Assembly: GCA_963677485.1 (NCBI GenBank)
Contig: OY781964.1
Location: 64,001-128,000, forward strand
Reading direction: 5' to 3'
Length of the DNA: 64,000 bases
Origin: Armatimonadota bacterium
Lineage (GTDB): Bacteria; Armatimonadota; HRBIN16
Shown: one piece after another, positions 20,871 to 31,547 of the stretch
Numbering within the stretch: the stretch's first letter is position 1
Layout of the letters: each line of letters begins with the position of its first letter
Program-made: the position numbers and the translations under genes
Notes under the pieces: model-generated
Seen by the model: only the letters and a program-made list of their open reading frames with translations
The model's database searches: none
What the model was told of the DNA's origin: nothing

Positions 20871-21890
20871 CTACCACTCCACAGGGATTCGTGCTTTCCG
20901 TTTCGAACTCTCGATCACTGCGAATACCATCGCTAGACTTTTGATGTTATCATGGCATTCACCAATGGGCTTTTGACCGGTTTCAAGGTAGGTCAGCATC
21001 TCGTTCAATCCGCCGGCGAACCCGTTATACACCATGGGGCTGGGTGCCGTCTGAAGCGGCTCCAGCTCTACATTGAACCCACCTGTCTGTTTCACAACTT
21101 GGCCATTCGGTGCCTGATCCTTCTCCATGATCATGGTTCCCTTGTCGCCGATAAACTGCCAATCACCATTCCAGCTTGTGCTGCATCCTTCGGCGCACCA
21201 ACTGCCGCGGTAAGTGAACACCACACCGTTGCTCATCTCAAAAATGCAACTTGCCGCCACATCGCCTTTATACCAAGACCCAGCCGGGTTATACTCGTGA
21301 GCATACACCGCCACAGGATCGCAGCCCGTGATGCTGCGCATGAGGTCAAAATGATGGATCGACATATCAAGTATCAATGGGCTGTCCATCTCATCACGAA
21401 ACCCGCCGAAATGAGCACCAATATAGAAGTCACAATTGGCTGCGGTGAGCCTGCCCAGGCTGCCCTGAGCGATCGTCAAGCGGGCCGAGTCATGAATCGG
21501 CACGAAACGGCGGCTCTGGCTGACCATATACAGCTTCCCGCTCTTCTCACTGGCCTGCACCATCTGGCGTGCCTGCTCCAGGCTGGAGGCCATCGGCTTC
21601 TCACCGACCACATTGCATCCCAGCTCCAATGCGGTCGTGGTGACATGGCAGTGGGCATCGGGGATGGTCAGGTCAAGCACAAAATCCGGCTGAAACTTCT
21701 TGATCATTGCCACCATATCGTCGCTGCTCTCGGCATGCAGGCCATATTTACTGATCTGCCCTTCCGCGGCCTCTTTGCGGATATCGACAACAGCTTTGAC
21801 CTCGACATCGTGCTTGGCGATGACTTCGAACCATGGGTTGCTGATTCCACCAGCACCCACCACGATCATTTTGTATTTCATACTGCCCAC
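20871..21890 (-). CDS. Gfo/Idh/MocA family oxidoreductase
   Basis: VVGAGGI, EKPMA, DMSIHHFD. Confidence 0.9.
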   Translation of the reverse strand: MGSMKYKMIVVGAGGISNPWFEVIAKHDVEVKAVVDIRKEAAEGQISKYGLHAESSDDMVAMIKKFQPDFVLDLTIPDAHCHVTTTALELGCNVVGEKPMASSLEQARQMVQASEKSGKLYMVSQSRRFVPIHDSARLTIAQGSLGRLTAANCDFYIGAHFGGFRDEMDSPLILDMSIHHFDLMRSITGCDPVAVYAHEYNPAGSWYKGDVAASCIFEMSNGVVFTYRGSWCAEGCSTSWNGDWQFIGDKGTMIMEKDQAPNGQVVKQTGGFNVELEPLQTAPSPMVYNGFAGGLNEMLTYLETGQKPIGECHDNIKSLAMVFAVIESSKRKARIPVEW

Positions 21891-22001
21891 TCCGTTATAT
21901 TATGAATGATAGACTGACAGGCGTATCCACGCTGTGTCGTTTGAAGTGTAACAAGCCAGACCTCGCATTTCAACCCTTCCGAACTGTAAAATACAGATAC
22001 T

Positions 22002-23219
22002 TTGAAGACACTACAGCGAATTTCTATGGATATATGTGTGATAGGCGCAGGGGCTGCCGGCTTGACAGCGGCCATCCACGCCTCACAATGCGGCGGACAG
22101 GTATTGCTGGTAGACCACATGCCCAGGGCCGGCAAGAAAATACTAGCCACAGGCGGCGGCCGGTGCAATATCAGTCACAACACACTGACAACCAGCAGCT
22201 ACAACGCCAGGAGCCGTGAACTGGTAGGGTGCTGCCTGGAGCAGTACGATGCGGATGCCGTCATTTCGTTCCTCCGATCGCTAGGACTCTTCCTCCGCGA
22301 AGAAGAAGGACGCCTCTACCCTGTGACCAACCAGGCGTCGACGGTGCTCACCGCTTTAGAGATGGCATGTGATGCAGAGTATGTCGACAGAGCGTTTAAC
22401 ACGACCATCACGAAAGTCAAGAAAACACAGGATGGCTTTATGCTGACGTCACCCGAGTCAGAGATATGCTGCCAGCAATTAGTGATCGCCACGGGCGGAC
22501 GGACCTATCCAGCACTTGGCTCGGATGGCAGCGGCTATGCACTAGCGGAATCGCTTGGGCACAGCCTGATTACCCCCATCCCCACGTGTGTCCCGTTGAT
22601 GTGCCGGCACCCCCTGCTGCACCCATGCCAGGGACTGAAACTGCAGGCCGATGTCACTGTCATGCATGGAGACACCGCAGTACAGAGCAGCTCTGGCGAT
22701 CTATTGTTTACGAAATACGGGCTGAGCGGCACCGCCATACTGGATGCGTCCGACACAGTGTGTGAAGCGCTGCACCGCAACCATCAAACCGGGGTATGGG
22801 TTGAGGTGGATTTTGCACCATTTATCACTGAAGATGAATTGCAGCATGAGTTAAGCCGTCGCGCGAAGTGGCCTGAGGCTGCTGAGCTGGAAGTAAACGG
22901 CATTATCCCCACTCGGCTGGCTGCGGCATTGGCAGCACTCCCCAACCGTCCAGGATGGATTGAAGCCATCAAACACAGCAGGTTCTGCATCACCGATACC
23001 CGTGGCTGGAATGAGGCAGAGTTCACCAATGGCGGTGTCCGCTGCAGCGAGGTAGACCGCAATCTGGCATCACGCTGCTGTGATGGTCTGTATCTTGCTG
23101 GTGAAGTGCTGGATGTCCATGGTGAACGAGGCGGATTCAACCTGGCCTGGGCCTGGATCAGCGGGTTGATAGCGGGAGAATCATGCGCAAAATCTGGTAA
23201 GAATACTGGTATAATGTAG
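22002..23219 (+). CDS. HI0933/BaiN family flavoprotein
   Basis: GAGAAG, GKKILATGGGRCN, ATGG..YP.LGSDGSG, GEVLDVHG..GGFN. Confidence 0.9.
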   Translation: MKTLQRISMDICVIGAGAAGLTAAIHASQCGGQVLLVDHMPRAGKKILATGGGRCNISHNTLTTSSYNARSRELVGCCLEQYDADAVISFLRSLGLFLREEEGRLYPVTNQASTVLTALEMACDAEYVDRAFNTTITKVKKTQDGFMLTSPESEICCQQLVIATGGRTYPALGSDGSGYALAESLGHSLITPIPTCVPLMCRHPLLHPCQGLKLQADVTVMHGDTAVQSSSGDLLFTKYGLSGTAILDASDTVCEALHRNHQTGVWVEVDFAPFITEDELQHELSRRAKWPEAAELEVNGIIPTRLAAALAALPNRPGWIEAIKHSRFCITDTRGWNEAEFTNGGVRCSEVDRNLASRCCDGLYLAGEVLDVHGERGGFNLAWAWISGLIAGESCAKSGKNTGIM

Positions 23220-23287
23220 ACAGATATTCACTCTTTCTGGGTAAAATAGTATCGTTGGAATATCCTTATCATTGTGGAGAGTTCACT

Positions 23288-23755
23288 ATGGCATTCGATC
23301 CTGAGAAGCACCTGATCAAGATCCAAGGCAACCGATCGTATCTACCTGTCAGTGCTAGACTGGTGTGGTTCCGTGAACAACACCCCAACTGGCGCATCGA
23401 AACCCAACTCCAACAGCTAGACGTCGAGTCCGGCCTTGCGATATTCCGCGCCAGTGTGATTGACGACGCCGACCGTGTGATCGCAACCGGCACCAAGATG
23501 GAGACCCGTGTGGGATTCCCTGACTATGTGGAAAAAGCCGAAACGGGAGCCATCGGCCGTGCGCTGGCCGTGGCCGGATTTGGCACACAGTTTGCGCCTG
23601 AACTTGGTGATGAAGCGGTGAGAACCGGTGAGGGCGGCGCCACCTGCGAAGAGTGTGGAGTACCCATGACCGATGCGCAGATCAAACTCAGTCAAGGCAA
23701 ACTCAACCGCACCATCTGCGGCAACTGCCAAAAACGCCTGCCTGCCGCTAAATAA
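23288..23755 (+). CDS. Rad52/Sak-like ssDNA-annealing protein with C-terminal CxxC...CxxC zinc finger
   Basis: YLPV..RLVWFR, EKAETGAIGRALA..GFG, CEEC and CGNC; RBS GGAG before ATG 23288. Confidence 0.6.
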   Translation: MAFDPEKHLIKIQGNRSYLPVSARLVWFREQHPNWRIETQLQQLDVESGLAIFRASVIDDADRVIATGTKMETRVGFPDYVEKAETGAIGRALAVAGFGTQFAPELGDEAVRTGEGGATCEECGVPMTDAQIKLSQGKLNRTICGNCQKRLPAAK

Positions 23756-23785
23756 GGCACTCACCAGAAACAATACATGATGCGA

Positions 23786-23827
23786 GGTCTCATCGATGTA
23801 TCACCAAGCGATCACATCGATGGGACC
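23786..23827. terminator. Hairpin downstream of Rad52-like gene
   Basis: GGTCTCATCGATGT/ACATCGATGGGACC, near-perfect inverted repeat. Confidence 0.45.
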
Positions 23828-23883
23828 ATCCGATCTACCCCATTGATATGCCGTCGATACACACAATCAAGCGAGGAGCCGCT

Positions 23884-26800
23884 ATGTCTCTCAAACGCAT
23901 GAGCCGTCACTTTGCAGTCATTATTCCCTCTATCATACTTTCAAGCCTATCTATTGTAGCCATGGCGCAGTTCGATCTTACTCCGGTTCCACCATTGAAC
24001 CTGGGTGGGTCTGAGCAGAATGCGGTTCGAAAGGATGCCCTCGCTACGCCGTCCATGCCCGTGAAGTCATGGCTCAAAACACCCGATGGACTTAAGCTTC
24101 AACTGGACGGAGGCGTATTAGGGCTGCAAGTATACTCACCCAAAATCGTGCGTGTGCAATTTGCGGGCGGCACCCAACTTCCTGATCATAAAAGTCTGGC
24201 TGTACTTCCCAACATCAGTAACCGATCGTCCAAGTGGAAGGTGACCGAAGACAAGCACAGTGTCACACTCTCGACGAGTGATATCCGGGCTATAGTCAAC
24301 CGCTTGACAGGAGCTGTCAGCTTCACCGACAGCAAAGGCCGAACCATCCTTCAAGAAAGCCCAAACGGGGGTAAACTATGCAGACCTGGTGAGAACGCAA
24401 CCATACTGCAAAAGTTCCTCACCCCGGAAAACGAGATATTATACGGGCTTGGTGAGCACTTCAGTGCGCCTCTCATGAACTGGAAGCAGACCACATTCAG
24501 ACTGCAGCAGCGCAACACGGTTGATGTCAGCCCAGTACTCACGAGTAACAAGGGCTACTCAATTCTATGGGACAACTACTCTACCACTGACTTCATCGGT
24601 AACGGCGTAATGCAGAAAATTCCGGACGCCCAGTTTGTCAAACCAGATGGCAAGACACAGGGAATTCAGGCAGAGTATTTTCTGGGTGATCAGGTCTCAG
24701 GCTCCCCTATCGCTTCCGAAACAGTCAAGAACATCAACTATGAGTATGCTTCCCAAAAGCCATTACACCCAATGTTGAAAGGTCGAGCGTTCGGGGCGGT
24801 TTGGAGCGCCAAAATACGCACGATCAATGAAGGCTGGTATACCTTCTACATAGATGCTGACCAACGCGTGCGGATGTGGCTTGACGGATACGACATGAAG
24901 CATATGATCATTGAGGACTGGATCAACTACGGTCCCACTTTGGACAGCGCGCGCGTCTATCTGAAGGGCAACCGTCTATATGACTTCAAGATGGAAATCA
25001 CGGGAGACAACGCGCCGATGGTTCAGCTCTACTGGACACCGCCCGCCAAGCATCCTGGGGAGGTCGCCTGGTACTCGCGTTCCGGCAACTGCATCGACTA
25101 CTATTTCATCTATGGTCCAACCATCGACCAGCAGATATCCGGCTATCGTCATATCACAGGTGCTGTGCCCTTGCTGCCAAAAGCCTGTTACGGTTTGTGG
25201 CATAGCCAGGCGAGTGGTGCGCGCATTCCCCTGCAGCAGCACGAACTGCTGGACGTGTTGAATGGCTACCGCAAGCGAGGTTACCCGCTGGATGTGATTG
25301 TGCAGGATTTCCACTGGTGGAGTGCACAGGGAGCCCATACTTTTAACCCGGTGACGCATCCTGACCCGAAAGCGATGTTCGATGAAATTCATCGAAAAAA
25401 CGCCAAGCTGCTCATCTCCATATGGCCCAACTTCCCGGACGCCAGTGCCAACAAAGACGAGTTGATGGCAAAAGGGCTAATGCTGCCTGGTACCGACTGG
25501 TATGACTCATGGAAGCCCGAAGCACGGAAAACCTACTGGGAGCAGGTGAGGCGTGCCTTGTATAACCCAAGTGGTTTGAAAGCCGATGGATTCTGGCTGG
25601 ATTCGTCAGAAGGTCTGGTTGGGGGAAATCCGAAGGAGTTGGATATATCCTACAGTATCGGGCTGTCACAGTCGATCTACGAAGGTATGCGGCAGGCCGA
25701 TCCTAACAAGCGCGCTTTTATACTGTCACGCTCGCCCATGAGCGGTCAGCAGCGTTACGCCACGGTAGCCTGGTCGGGTGATATCGGAGTTGATTTCTGG
25801 ACCTTGGGCCACCAGATACCCGCCGGATTGCAACTGATGATGGCAAGATACCCATACTGGACTACAGATACTGGCGGGTTCATGGGCGGGTTCGCACCCA
25901 GATACACTCGCAGAGACCCTAACGATCCGAGCTACCGTGAGCTGTTCGTGCGATGGTATCAATATGGCGCCCTTTGCCCTACATTCCGTGTGCATAGTGC
26001 CGTCAGCAACACCGCCCCCTGGGATTTCGGTCCAGATGCTGAAAAGATCATCGCAAATTATGATCGGCTTCGCTACCGGCTCATGCCCTACATCTATTCG
26101 CAAGCCTGGCGTGTCACCAATGAAGGCTACACAATGATGCGCGGCCTGGCGATGGACTTCCCGAAGGATACGCAAGCACTTGAGATTCCTGATCAATTTA
26201 TGTTTGGTCCCGCATTTCTGGTCAATCCGGTGACGAGTGGCGTTGTTCAGAGCGAGGAGCTGATTCCTGCTGGGCAGTTCACAACATCCGATGGCCAGCC
26301 TGGCCTGCATACAAGCTGGTTCAGTGACCAAAACCTTACCCAGAAAGTTGGCGAGACGACAAGCAGTAATGTCGACTTCCAATGGTCTGGGGCACCTCGA
26401 GCTGATATGCCTGAAGACCACTTCAGCGTCAGTTGGGATGGTAAGCTCAAGGCACCCAAGACGGGCACATACGATATGGTGACTTACTCAGATGATGGAG
26501 TGCGGTTGTGGCTAGATGACAAGCTCATCATTGACGACTGGACAAATGCGCCTACACGCCGTAATGCCGCCAAGTTTGATATGAAAGCCGGGACAAGTCA
26601 CTCGCTGCGTCTAGAGTTCATGGAGAACATCGGCGGAGCTCATCTCAGCCTGAATTGGATTACGCCTAAGGAAGAGACGAAATTGATACCCTCTCGATCA
26701 GTCTACCTTCCAAAAACTACTGGTGGATGGTATGACTTCTGGACGGGCTCACGGTTTCCTGCCGGAAAGCACGTAAATGCCTATGCACCGCTTGATATTA

Positions 26801-27186
26801 TGCCGTTGTACATCAAAGCTGGGTCTATCGTGCCCATGGGACCTTTCCTGCAGTATGCTACCGAAAAGCCTGCGGATCCCATCGAGTTGCGGATCTACGC
26901 CGGAGCCGATGGCCAGACCATACTATATGAAGATGACGGGGAGACCTATAACTACGAGAAAGGACAGCACGCTGTCATTCCAATCCGTTGGAATGACGTG
27001 GACAAACGGCTAACTATTGGTACTCGGCAAGGCACCTACCCATCGATGCTGCAGAAGCGTAGTTTCAAAGTTGTGCTGGTATCTTCAAATCACGGTGCTG
27101 GCCTACAGCCTGAGGTTCATGCAGACCGCAATATCACATACAACGGTAAAGCTGTCTCTATTTCCTTCGGTAAAACACGGCAGTAA
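23884..27186 (+). CDS. GH31 alpha-xylosidase/glucosidase-like enzyme with two PA14 domains
   Basis: YGLGE, DVIVQD, GFWLDSSE, WSGDI, TDTGGF, YEDDG; two PA14 inserts (SDDGVRLWLD type); signal peptide; RBS GAGGAG. Confidence 0.9.
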   Translation: MSLKRMSRHFAVIIPSIILSSLSIVAMAQFDLTPVPPLNLGGSEQNAVRKDALATPSMPVKSWLKTPDGLKLQLDGGVLGLQVYSPKIVRVQFAGGTQLPDHKSLAVLPNISNRSSKWKVTEDKHSVTLSTSDIRAIVNRLTGAVSFTDSKGRTILQESPNGGKLCRPGENATILQKFLTPENEILYGLGEHFSAPLMNWKQTTFRLQQRNTVDVSPVLTSNKGYSILWDNYSTTDFIGNGVMQKIPDAQFVKPDGKTQGIQAEYFLGDQVSGSPIASETVKNINYEYASQKPLHPMLKGRAFGAVWSAKIRTINEGWYTFYIDADQRVRMWLDGYDMKHMIIEDWINYGPTLDSARVYLKGNRLYDFKMEITGDNAPMVQLYWTPPAKHPGEVAWYSRSGNCIDYYFIYGPTIDQQISGYRHITGAVPLLPKACYGLWHSQASGARIPLQQHELLDVLNGYRKRGYPLDVIVQDFHWWSAQGAHTFNPVTHPDPKAMFDEIHRKNAKLLISIWPNFPDASANKDELMAKGLMLPGTDWYDSWKPEARKTYWEQVRRALYNPSGLKADGFWLDSSEGLVGGNPKELDISYSIGLSQSIYEGMRQADPNKRAFILSRSPMSGQQRYATVAWSGDIGVDFWTLGHQIPAGLQLMMARYPYWTTDTGGFMGGFAPRYTRRDPNDPSYRELFVRWYQYGALCPTFRVHSAVSNTAPWDFGPDAEKIIANYDRLRYRLMPYIYSQAWRVTNEGYTMMRGLAMDFPKDTQALEIPDQFMFGPAFLVNPVTSGVVQSEELIPAGQFTTSDGQPGLHTSWFSDQNLTQKVGETTSSNVDFQWSGAPRADMPEDHFSVSWDGKLKAPKTGTYDMVTYSDDGVRLWLDDKLIIDDWTNAPTRRNAAKFDMKAGTSHSLRLEFMENIGGAHLSLNWITPKEETKLIPSRSVYLPKTTGGWYDFWTGSRFPAGKHVNAYAPLDIMPLYIKAGSIVPMGPFLQYATEKPADPIELRIYAGADGQTILYEDDGETYNYEKGQHAVIPIRWNDVDKRLTIGTRQGTYPSMLQKRSFKVVLVSSNHGAGLQPEVHADRNITYNGKAVSISFGKTRQ

Positions 27187-27212
27187 CATTTCATATATAC
27201 CGGTATCATCAT

Positions 27213-27246
27213 GCAATGAGGGCGATGCGAATCTCGCCCTCATTGC
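27213..27246 (+). terminator. Hairpin terminator after GH31
   Basis: GCAATGAGGGCGA/TCGCCCTCATTGC perfect inverted repeat. Confidence 0.6.
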
Positions 27247-27390
27247 GTGAATAACACTGGCACAGCTCGAATTCTCTCCCAAACTAATAATCTAGTATTT
27301 TTGACAGCCTCCCTCGCAACCAGCGGTCAGTACCATATGGTACATATTATGTACTATATCCTACAATACCACAGCATGGGAGGTATTTTC

Positions 27391-27633
27391 ATGGCTTACG
27401 AAGACACTATGCTCAGGCGTACTATCATGCACGAAATGACGAAACATCAACTCGCCACTGACCGTGTCGATATCCACGTCTCTCGTGGTATTGTCTACCT
27501 GTCAGGGATAGTGGTTCAACAAAAAACGACAAATGCCGTTGATGCCAAAAGCGAAGTGGAACGGATAATGAGGATATTCCGGTCGAAACCAGGCGTCAAA
27601 GATATCGTGAACGAGATTCGGTTCCTTCAATGA
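27391..27633 (+). CDS. Small BON-domain protein
   Basis: D...V.V..GIVYLSG....PGVKDIVNEI pattern; RBS GGAGG. Confidence 0.75.
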   Translation: MAYEDTMLRRTIMHEMTKHQLATDRVDIHVSRGIVYLSGIVVQQKTTNAVDAKSEVERIMRIFRSKPGVKDIVNEIRFLQ

Positions 27634-27677
27634 AAGCGCTGGGGGTTTAGAAGCCTATGACCTAAGCCCCAGCAGCA

Positions 27678-28328
27678 TCACATAAAGCGGAGCCAACCAA
27701 ACCGCTTGGGCTGGTGGAACGCGGCTTCCTTGCCAGGCACCATGCTCCAGGCCTGATACTGATCGCCATTGGCCGTTGCCCGCTTGATGCGATACAGATT
27801 GGCGCGCCATGCGTCACCCGCCACAGGCATGTGGGCCATATCTTCAAACAAGTGCAGCGGGATCTTTACGTCGCAGCTCCAGCCGGGAACCGTATCTCCG
27901 TCGATCAGCACATCGTGCCACTCAACACGGTAGACCATCCCCTTCGCATCCCATCCCCGGTAAGCACGGTATGCTCCGCGATCAGGCCACACAATCAGTA
28001 GATCAACCTTGTAACCCAGCGGGTTCCACTCAAACTCCAGGTAGTCTCGCTGGTCGTTGCCGGCATCCACGAACAGCTCCACCACATCCTCATCCCAAAG
28101 GTCCAGTTCATCTTCTTTCATCTGGCAGATGGTGCGGTCATCCTCACAATCGTAACGGATATACAGCCGCTGGGCGTCATAGGCCATGCGCACCTCGGTA
28201 CGCGGCGACACGGTGCCCTCGCCGTTCCAGTTGCCCAGCATGAAGGGCTGGTATTTGGCCCATTCTGGCCAGTCCGTGACATTCTCTGCGGGGTATACAT
28301 ACTCGGTGGGTATCGGAAGGTTGCTCAT
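27678..28328 (-). CDS. Carbohydrate-binding family 9-like protein
   Basis: T.VRMAYD..LYI, LWDEDVVELF, YLEFE.NPLG, WRANLYR, FHQP.RFG. Confidence 0.85.
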   Translation of the reverse strand: MSNLPIPTEYVYPAENVTDWPEWAKYQPFMLGNWNGEGTVSPRTEVRMAYDAQRLYIRYDCEDDRTICQMKEDELDLWDEDVVELFVDAGNDQRDYLEFEWNPLGYKVDLLIVWPDRGAYRAYRGWDAKGMVYRVEWHDVLIDGDTVPGWSCDVKIPLHLFEDMAHMPVAGDAWRANLYRIKRATANGDQYQAWSMVPGKEAAFHQPKRFGWLRFM

Positions 28329-30055
28329 AATTCATCTCCTGCAGGGCTGACATGATATGTTTTTTCGTAGGTATAGGTAACAAGGCCTGGTGCGCCACCA
28401 CGGGGTCGTCTGACATATTTTCGCAGGGTGCAGTCGATGGCCACCAGTGAGCTGTGTTTGGCGGTGCTGTTTTTCGCCGCCTGTTCGGCCGCAAAAAGTA
28501 TAGTTCCTTTAGGCACCTTCAAAGGTTGATTATTGGTGCGGATGATCACATGTCCGCCATGACCGCCCCGGACGTGCAGCCACATATCGTTGGTGCCTGC
28601 CAGACGCTGCACGAGGTAGTCATTCGCCTCGGCGTTCTGACCGATCAGCACCTCGTAACCCTCCGGAGAGTTCATACGCGATATCCGCTTGCCTTCGAAT
28701 GCGGCCTCTTTCGCGGCTGCCACCTTGCCGGGCAGAGCCTGCAGCCAACCCTTCGTCAACGCGATCTGGCGAAGGCTCTCCAGCTCTTCTCGCTCATCGA
28801 CCGCCTCAACCTTTTGCATCAGAAGCTGCAGTTCATCCATCTCCTGTTGCATGCCCTCGCTCACCTGCTGCATTCGGGCCAGCGCGCGTATCGCCTGGCG
28901 GCTTTTATGGAAGAACCGCTGGGCGTTCTCCTGAGGGCTGAGTTTGGCATCAAGGATGATCTTGCGATCGCCCTGCTCGGGATGATAGAGGTCGGGGAGT
29001 ATCACCTCCGGCGTCTCCGTTGGCACCAGGTGCAGCGATGCCAGCAGCAGGTCGCCCGCTTCGCGGTAGCTGTCGGCCTTCTTCGCCTCCATGGCGGCAT
29101 GATGCAGTTGCGCCATCATGCGTTCGCGGGTCTCGAAGCTGCGCTTGAGCATTCCCAGCAGGGTGCGGCGTGACTGCTCTAGCCGCTCACGGCCGATCAT
29201 CGAGCTGAAACTTGCCTCAGCAGCGCCCTGGAAATCCTCGCGTGGATGCTGCTCAAGCTCACGCAGACTGGCCAGCGGGAATGGGTAGGCACCCATTGAG
29301 GCTCCGCCTACTGCGCGAATCAACACCGGTTCCCATTCACCTTTGACCGCCGCACCGAATATCTCGGTGCAGGCAGTCCACAGGCTGTCAGGGGTAGCTG
29401 GCCCATCGAAGTTCGCACGAGCCGAAAGCTCCTCACGAAGGATTGGACTGATGCCCTGCAGGTTCGCACAGAGCCGCTCGGTCAAGTCTTCAATCTCACC
29501 GATGCCAAGCAGCAGCTCAAAACCGGCCCTATCCATGGTGCGGGGGTCGACACCAGCCGAAAGTGGCGGTGGGCTATATGGGTGCCCTGGCATCATCTCC
29601 CTCACGCGGTTCACCTTGCTAGATACCAGCTTCGCCGCGTGCAGCACCTTCTGCTGGCTATCGACCAGCAGAATATTGCTGTGCTTCCCCATCATCTCAG
29701 TGGTCAGCAGTAGCCGTTCGCCCAGGTGACCGTCCACCTCGATGTCCAGGATGCGGTCAAAGCCCCGCTGGCCGATCTCACGCACAAACCCGCCCTCCAG
29801 GTATTTCCGCAAGGTCATGCAGAACACCGGTGGCTGTTTGGGGTTTGGCGGCTTCCGCGTGATGAGGTATGCGCGCGGATGTGTAGGTGAACTATCGAGC
29901 ATAAGCCGGCAGTCACCCAACTGGGGGTTGTAGATGGTCAGCACAATCTGGCTTTCGTTTGGCTGGGCGATATGCTGGATACGCCCGCCGCGCAGGTGCT
30001 GCAGCCCCTGCGACACGCAGCAGAGGCACAGGGAGTCAAATGTAGGTTTTCGCAT
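28325..30055 (-). CDS. rqcH: Ribosome quality-control factor RqcH/Rqc2 (NFACT, FbpA family)
   Basis: PPVFCMTLRKYL, DRIL, EMMGKHSN, G.NAEANDYL, WLHVRG..GGHV. Confidence 0.9.
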   Translation of the reverse strand: MRKPTFDSLCLCCVSQGLQHLRGGRIQHIAQPNESQIVLTIYNPQLGDCRLMLDSSPTHPRAYLITRKPPNPKQPPVFCMTLRKYLEGGFVREIGQRGFDRILDIEVDGHLGERLLLTTEMMGKHSNILLVDSQQKVLHAAKLVSSKVNRVREMMPGHPYSPPPLSAGVDPRTMDRAGFELLLGIGEIEDLTERLCANLQGISPILREELSARANFDGPATPDSLWTACTEIFGAAVKGEWEPVLIRAVGGASMGAYPFPLASLRELEQHPREDFQGAAEASFSSMIGRERLEQSRRTLLGMLKRSFETRERMMAQLHHAAMEAKKADSYREAGDLLLASLHLVPTETPEVILPDLYHPEQGDRKIILDAKLSPQENAQRFFHKSRQAIRALARMQQVSEGMQQEMDELQLLMQKVEAVDEREELESLRQIALTKGWLQALPGKVAAAKEAAFEGKRISRMNSPEGYEVLIGQNAEANDYLVQRLAGTNDMWLHVRGGHGGHVIIRTNNQPLKVPKGTILFAAEQAAKNSTAKHSSLVAIDCTLRKYVRRPRGGAPGLVTYTYEKTYHVSPAGDEL

Positions 30056-30080
30056 GTATACAGGGTACCAGATGGCACCC

Positions 30081-31391
30081 CTACCCTCCAAACAGCGAGG
30101 CCCGGTCACCGCCCACAAGCACGCTGCGACTCACACCTCCCCCAAACGGAGCCACAGAGCAAGCCAGTGCGAGCGCCATCACCAGGTCGTCGTGCTCAGT
30201 TCCCTCAGCCTACATCCGAGTGTGCCCCAGAGAGGCAGCCTGCAGGTGAAAGGCACGCAGCTCATCTAGCAGATTCGGCAGTGGTAATAACTGCAACTGA
30301 CTCCGCTCTAGCGCCAGTATCAAACCATCCACCAACTGCAGCTTACGCCTTTCGGTGAATGTCTCAGGTATGACCCGTATGCGCAACCGGCGTTCTCTCA
30401 GTGCCCCTTCCAGCAGCTCCACCACCGCCACGCCCACGCCGGTGGCATCGCACGCGATGCACTGCACGCCGCTTTGGTAAGCCATCTCAGCCAGACGATC
30501 CGCTTGAGCACGGTAATGCAGCCGTGGCAGTCGGAGAGCCTCCAGCATCCGCGCTTTGCCCGAGGCGACCTCCAAACAGACCCAGGCGGTGTAGTCACGG
30601 CTGAGCGCGAAATCCACACCAGCGACTCTTTGAATCCCATGCCGCAGATCCAATTCAATCGGCACCAGCGCATCTGAGATCATCTGTTCTGTAAACACAG
30701 CTCCCGCGGCATCCGCAAACTGCGCCTCATACTCCACGAGGTACTGCCGTTCCGGAAGGAACAGCCGCTGCATCGCCAGGAATGAGGCATCGATGGCGGG
30801 GTTACTTGAGGTTGGGAATGAGAAGCTGCTGATGTTGTGCTCACCACGCTGACCAGCTAAATACCACTGGTAAAAGTGGTTTCGTCCGTTGGGCGTACTG
30901 AGCAGCACGAGCTGACCCTGCCGGTCTGCCAGGATCGGCATCAAAGCGCCGGTGATCAGTGCTTCGGAGACATACGCGGCCTCATCCACCACCACCCTGT
31001 CCGCGCTGCGTCCTCGCAGGTTACGCCCGTCCCGATGGGCGCTTCTACTGACAAACCAGCCGCCCTGAGTGGATATCCGCGGGGTTGGTGACTGCCTGAT
31101 CTTGATGCCATGTTCCGCCGCGAGGGGTTCCAGCAACTCCCAGGTGCGCTCGAACATGAGGTTGGCTTGGTCCTGAGTTGGTGCCACCACGATATGGCGG
31201 CTTTGGGGCAGCAGAAGCAAGAGGGCGGCTGTCTCGACTGCTAACGCCTCGGTCTTACCCCATCGCCTACCGCAGGCGGCCAGCTTGATGGGGCTGGTGT
31301 TCAGAAGCCATTCGCGCTGCGCCAGGTGTGGCTGCCATTGCCATTCGGCAGAAGCCAGCTCCAGAACCTTTTTAGGTTCGTATTGCCACAT
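30081..31391 (-). pseudogene. Phage terminase large subunit (orphan) with in-frame TAG at 30210-30212
   Basis: Walker A GRRWGKT, Walker B VVVDEAA, STP motif, GVDFA..DYT, DATGVG. After the TAG the frame continues AEGTEHDDLVMALALA to a stop at 30081. Confidence 0.8.
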
Positions 31392-31547
31392 TTCGCATCA
31401 CCTCCACACAAAAGGCGGAAGTAAATGCTTGTTTTCCGGTCAGGGGGTTTCGTAAACCAGCATTCAGACGCAGTCGATTACCCATATATAGATTGGGGTC
31501 GTGCTAACATAATCAATGCGTTCCACCATGCCACGCGCTAAAGCACA

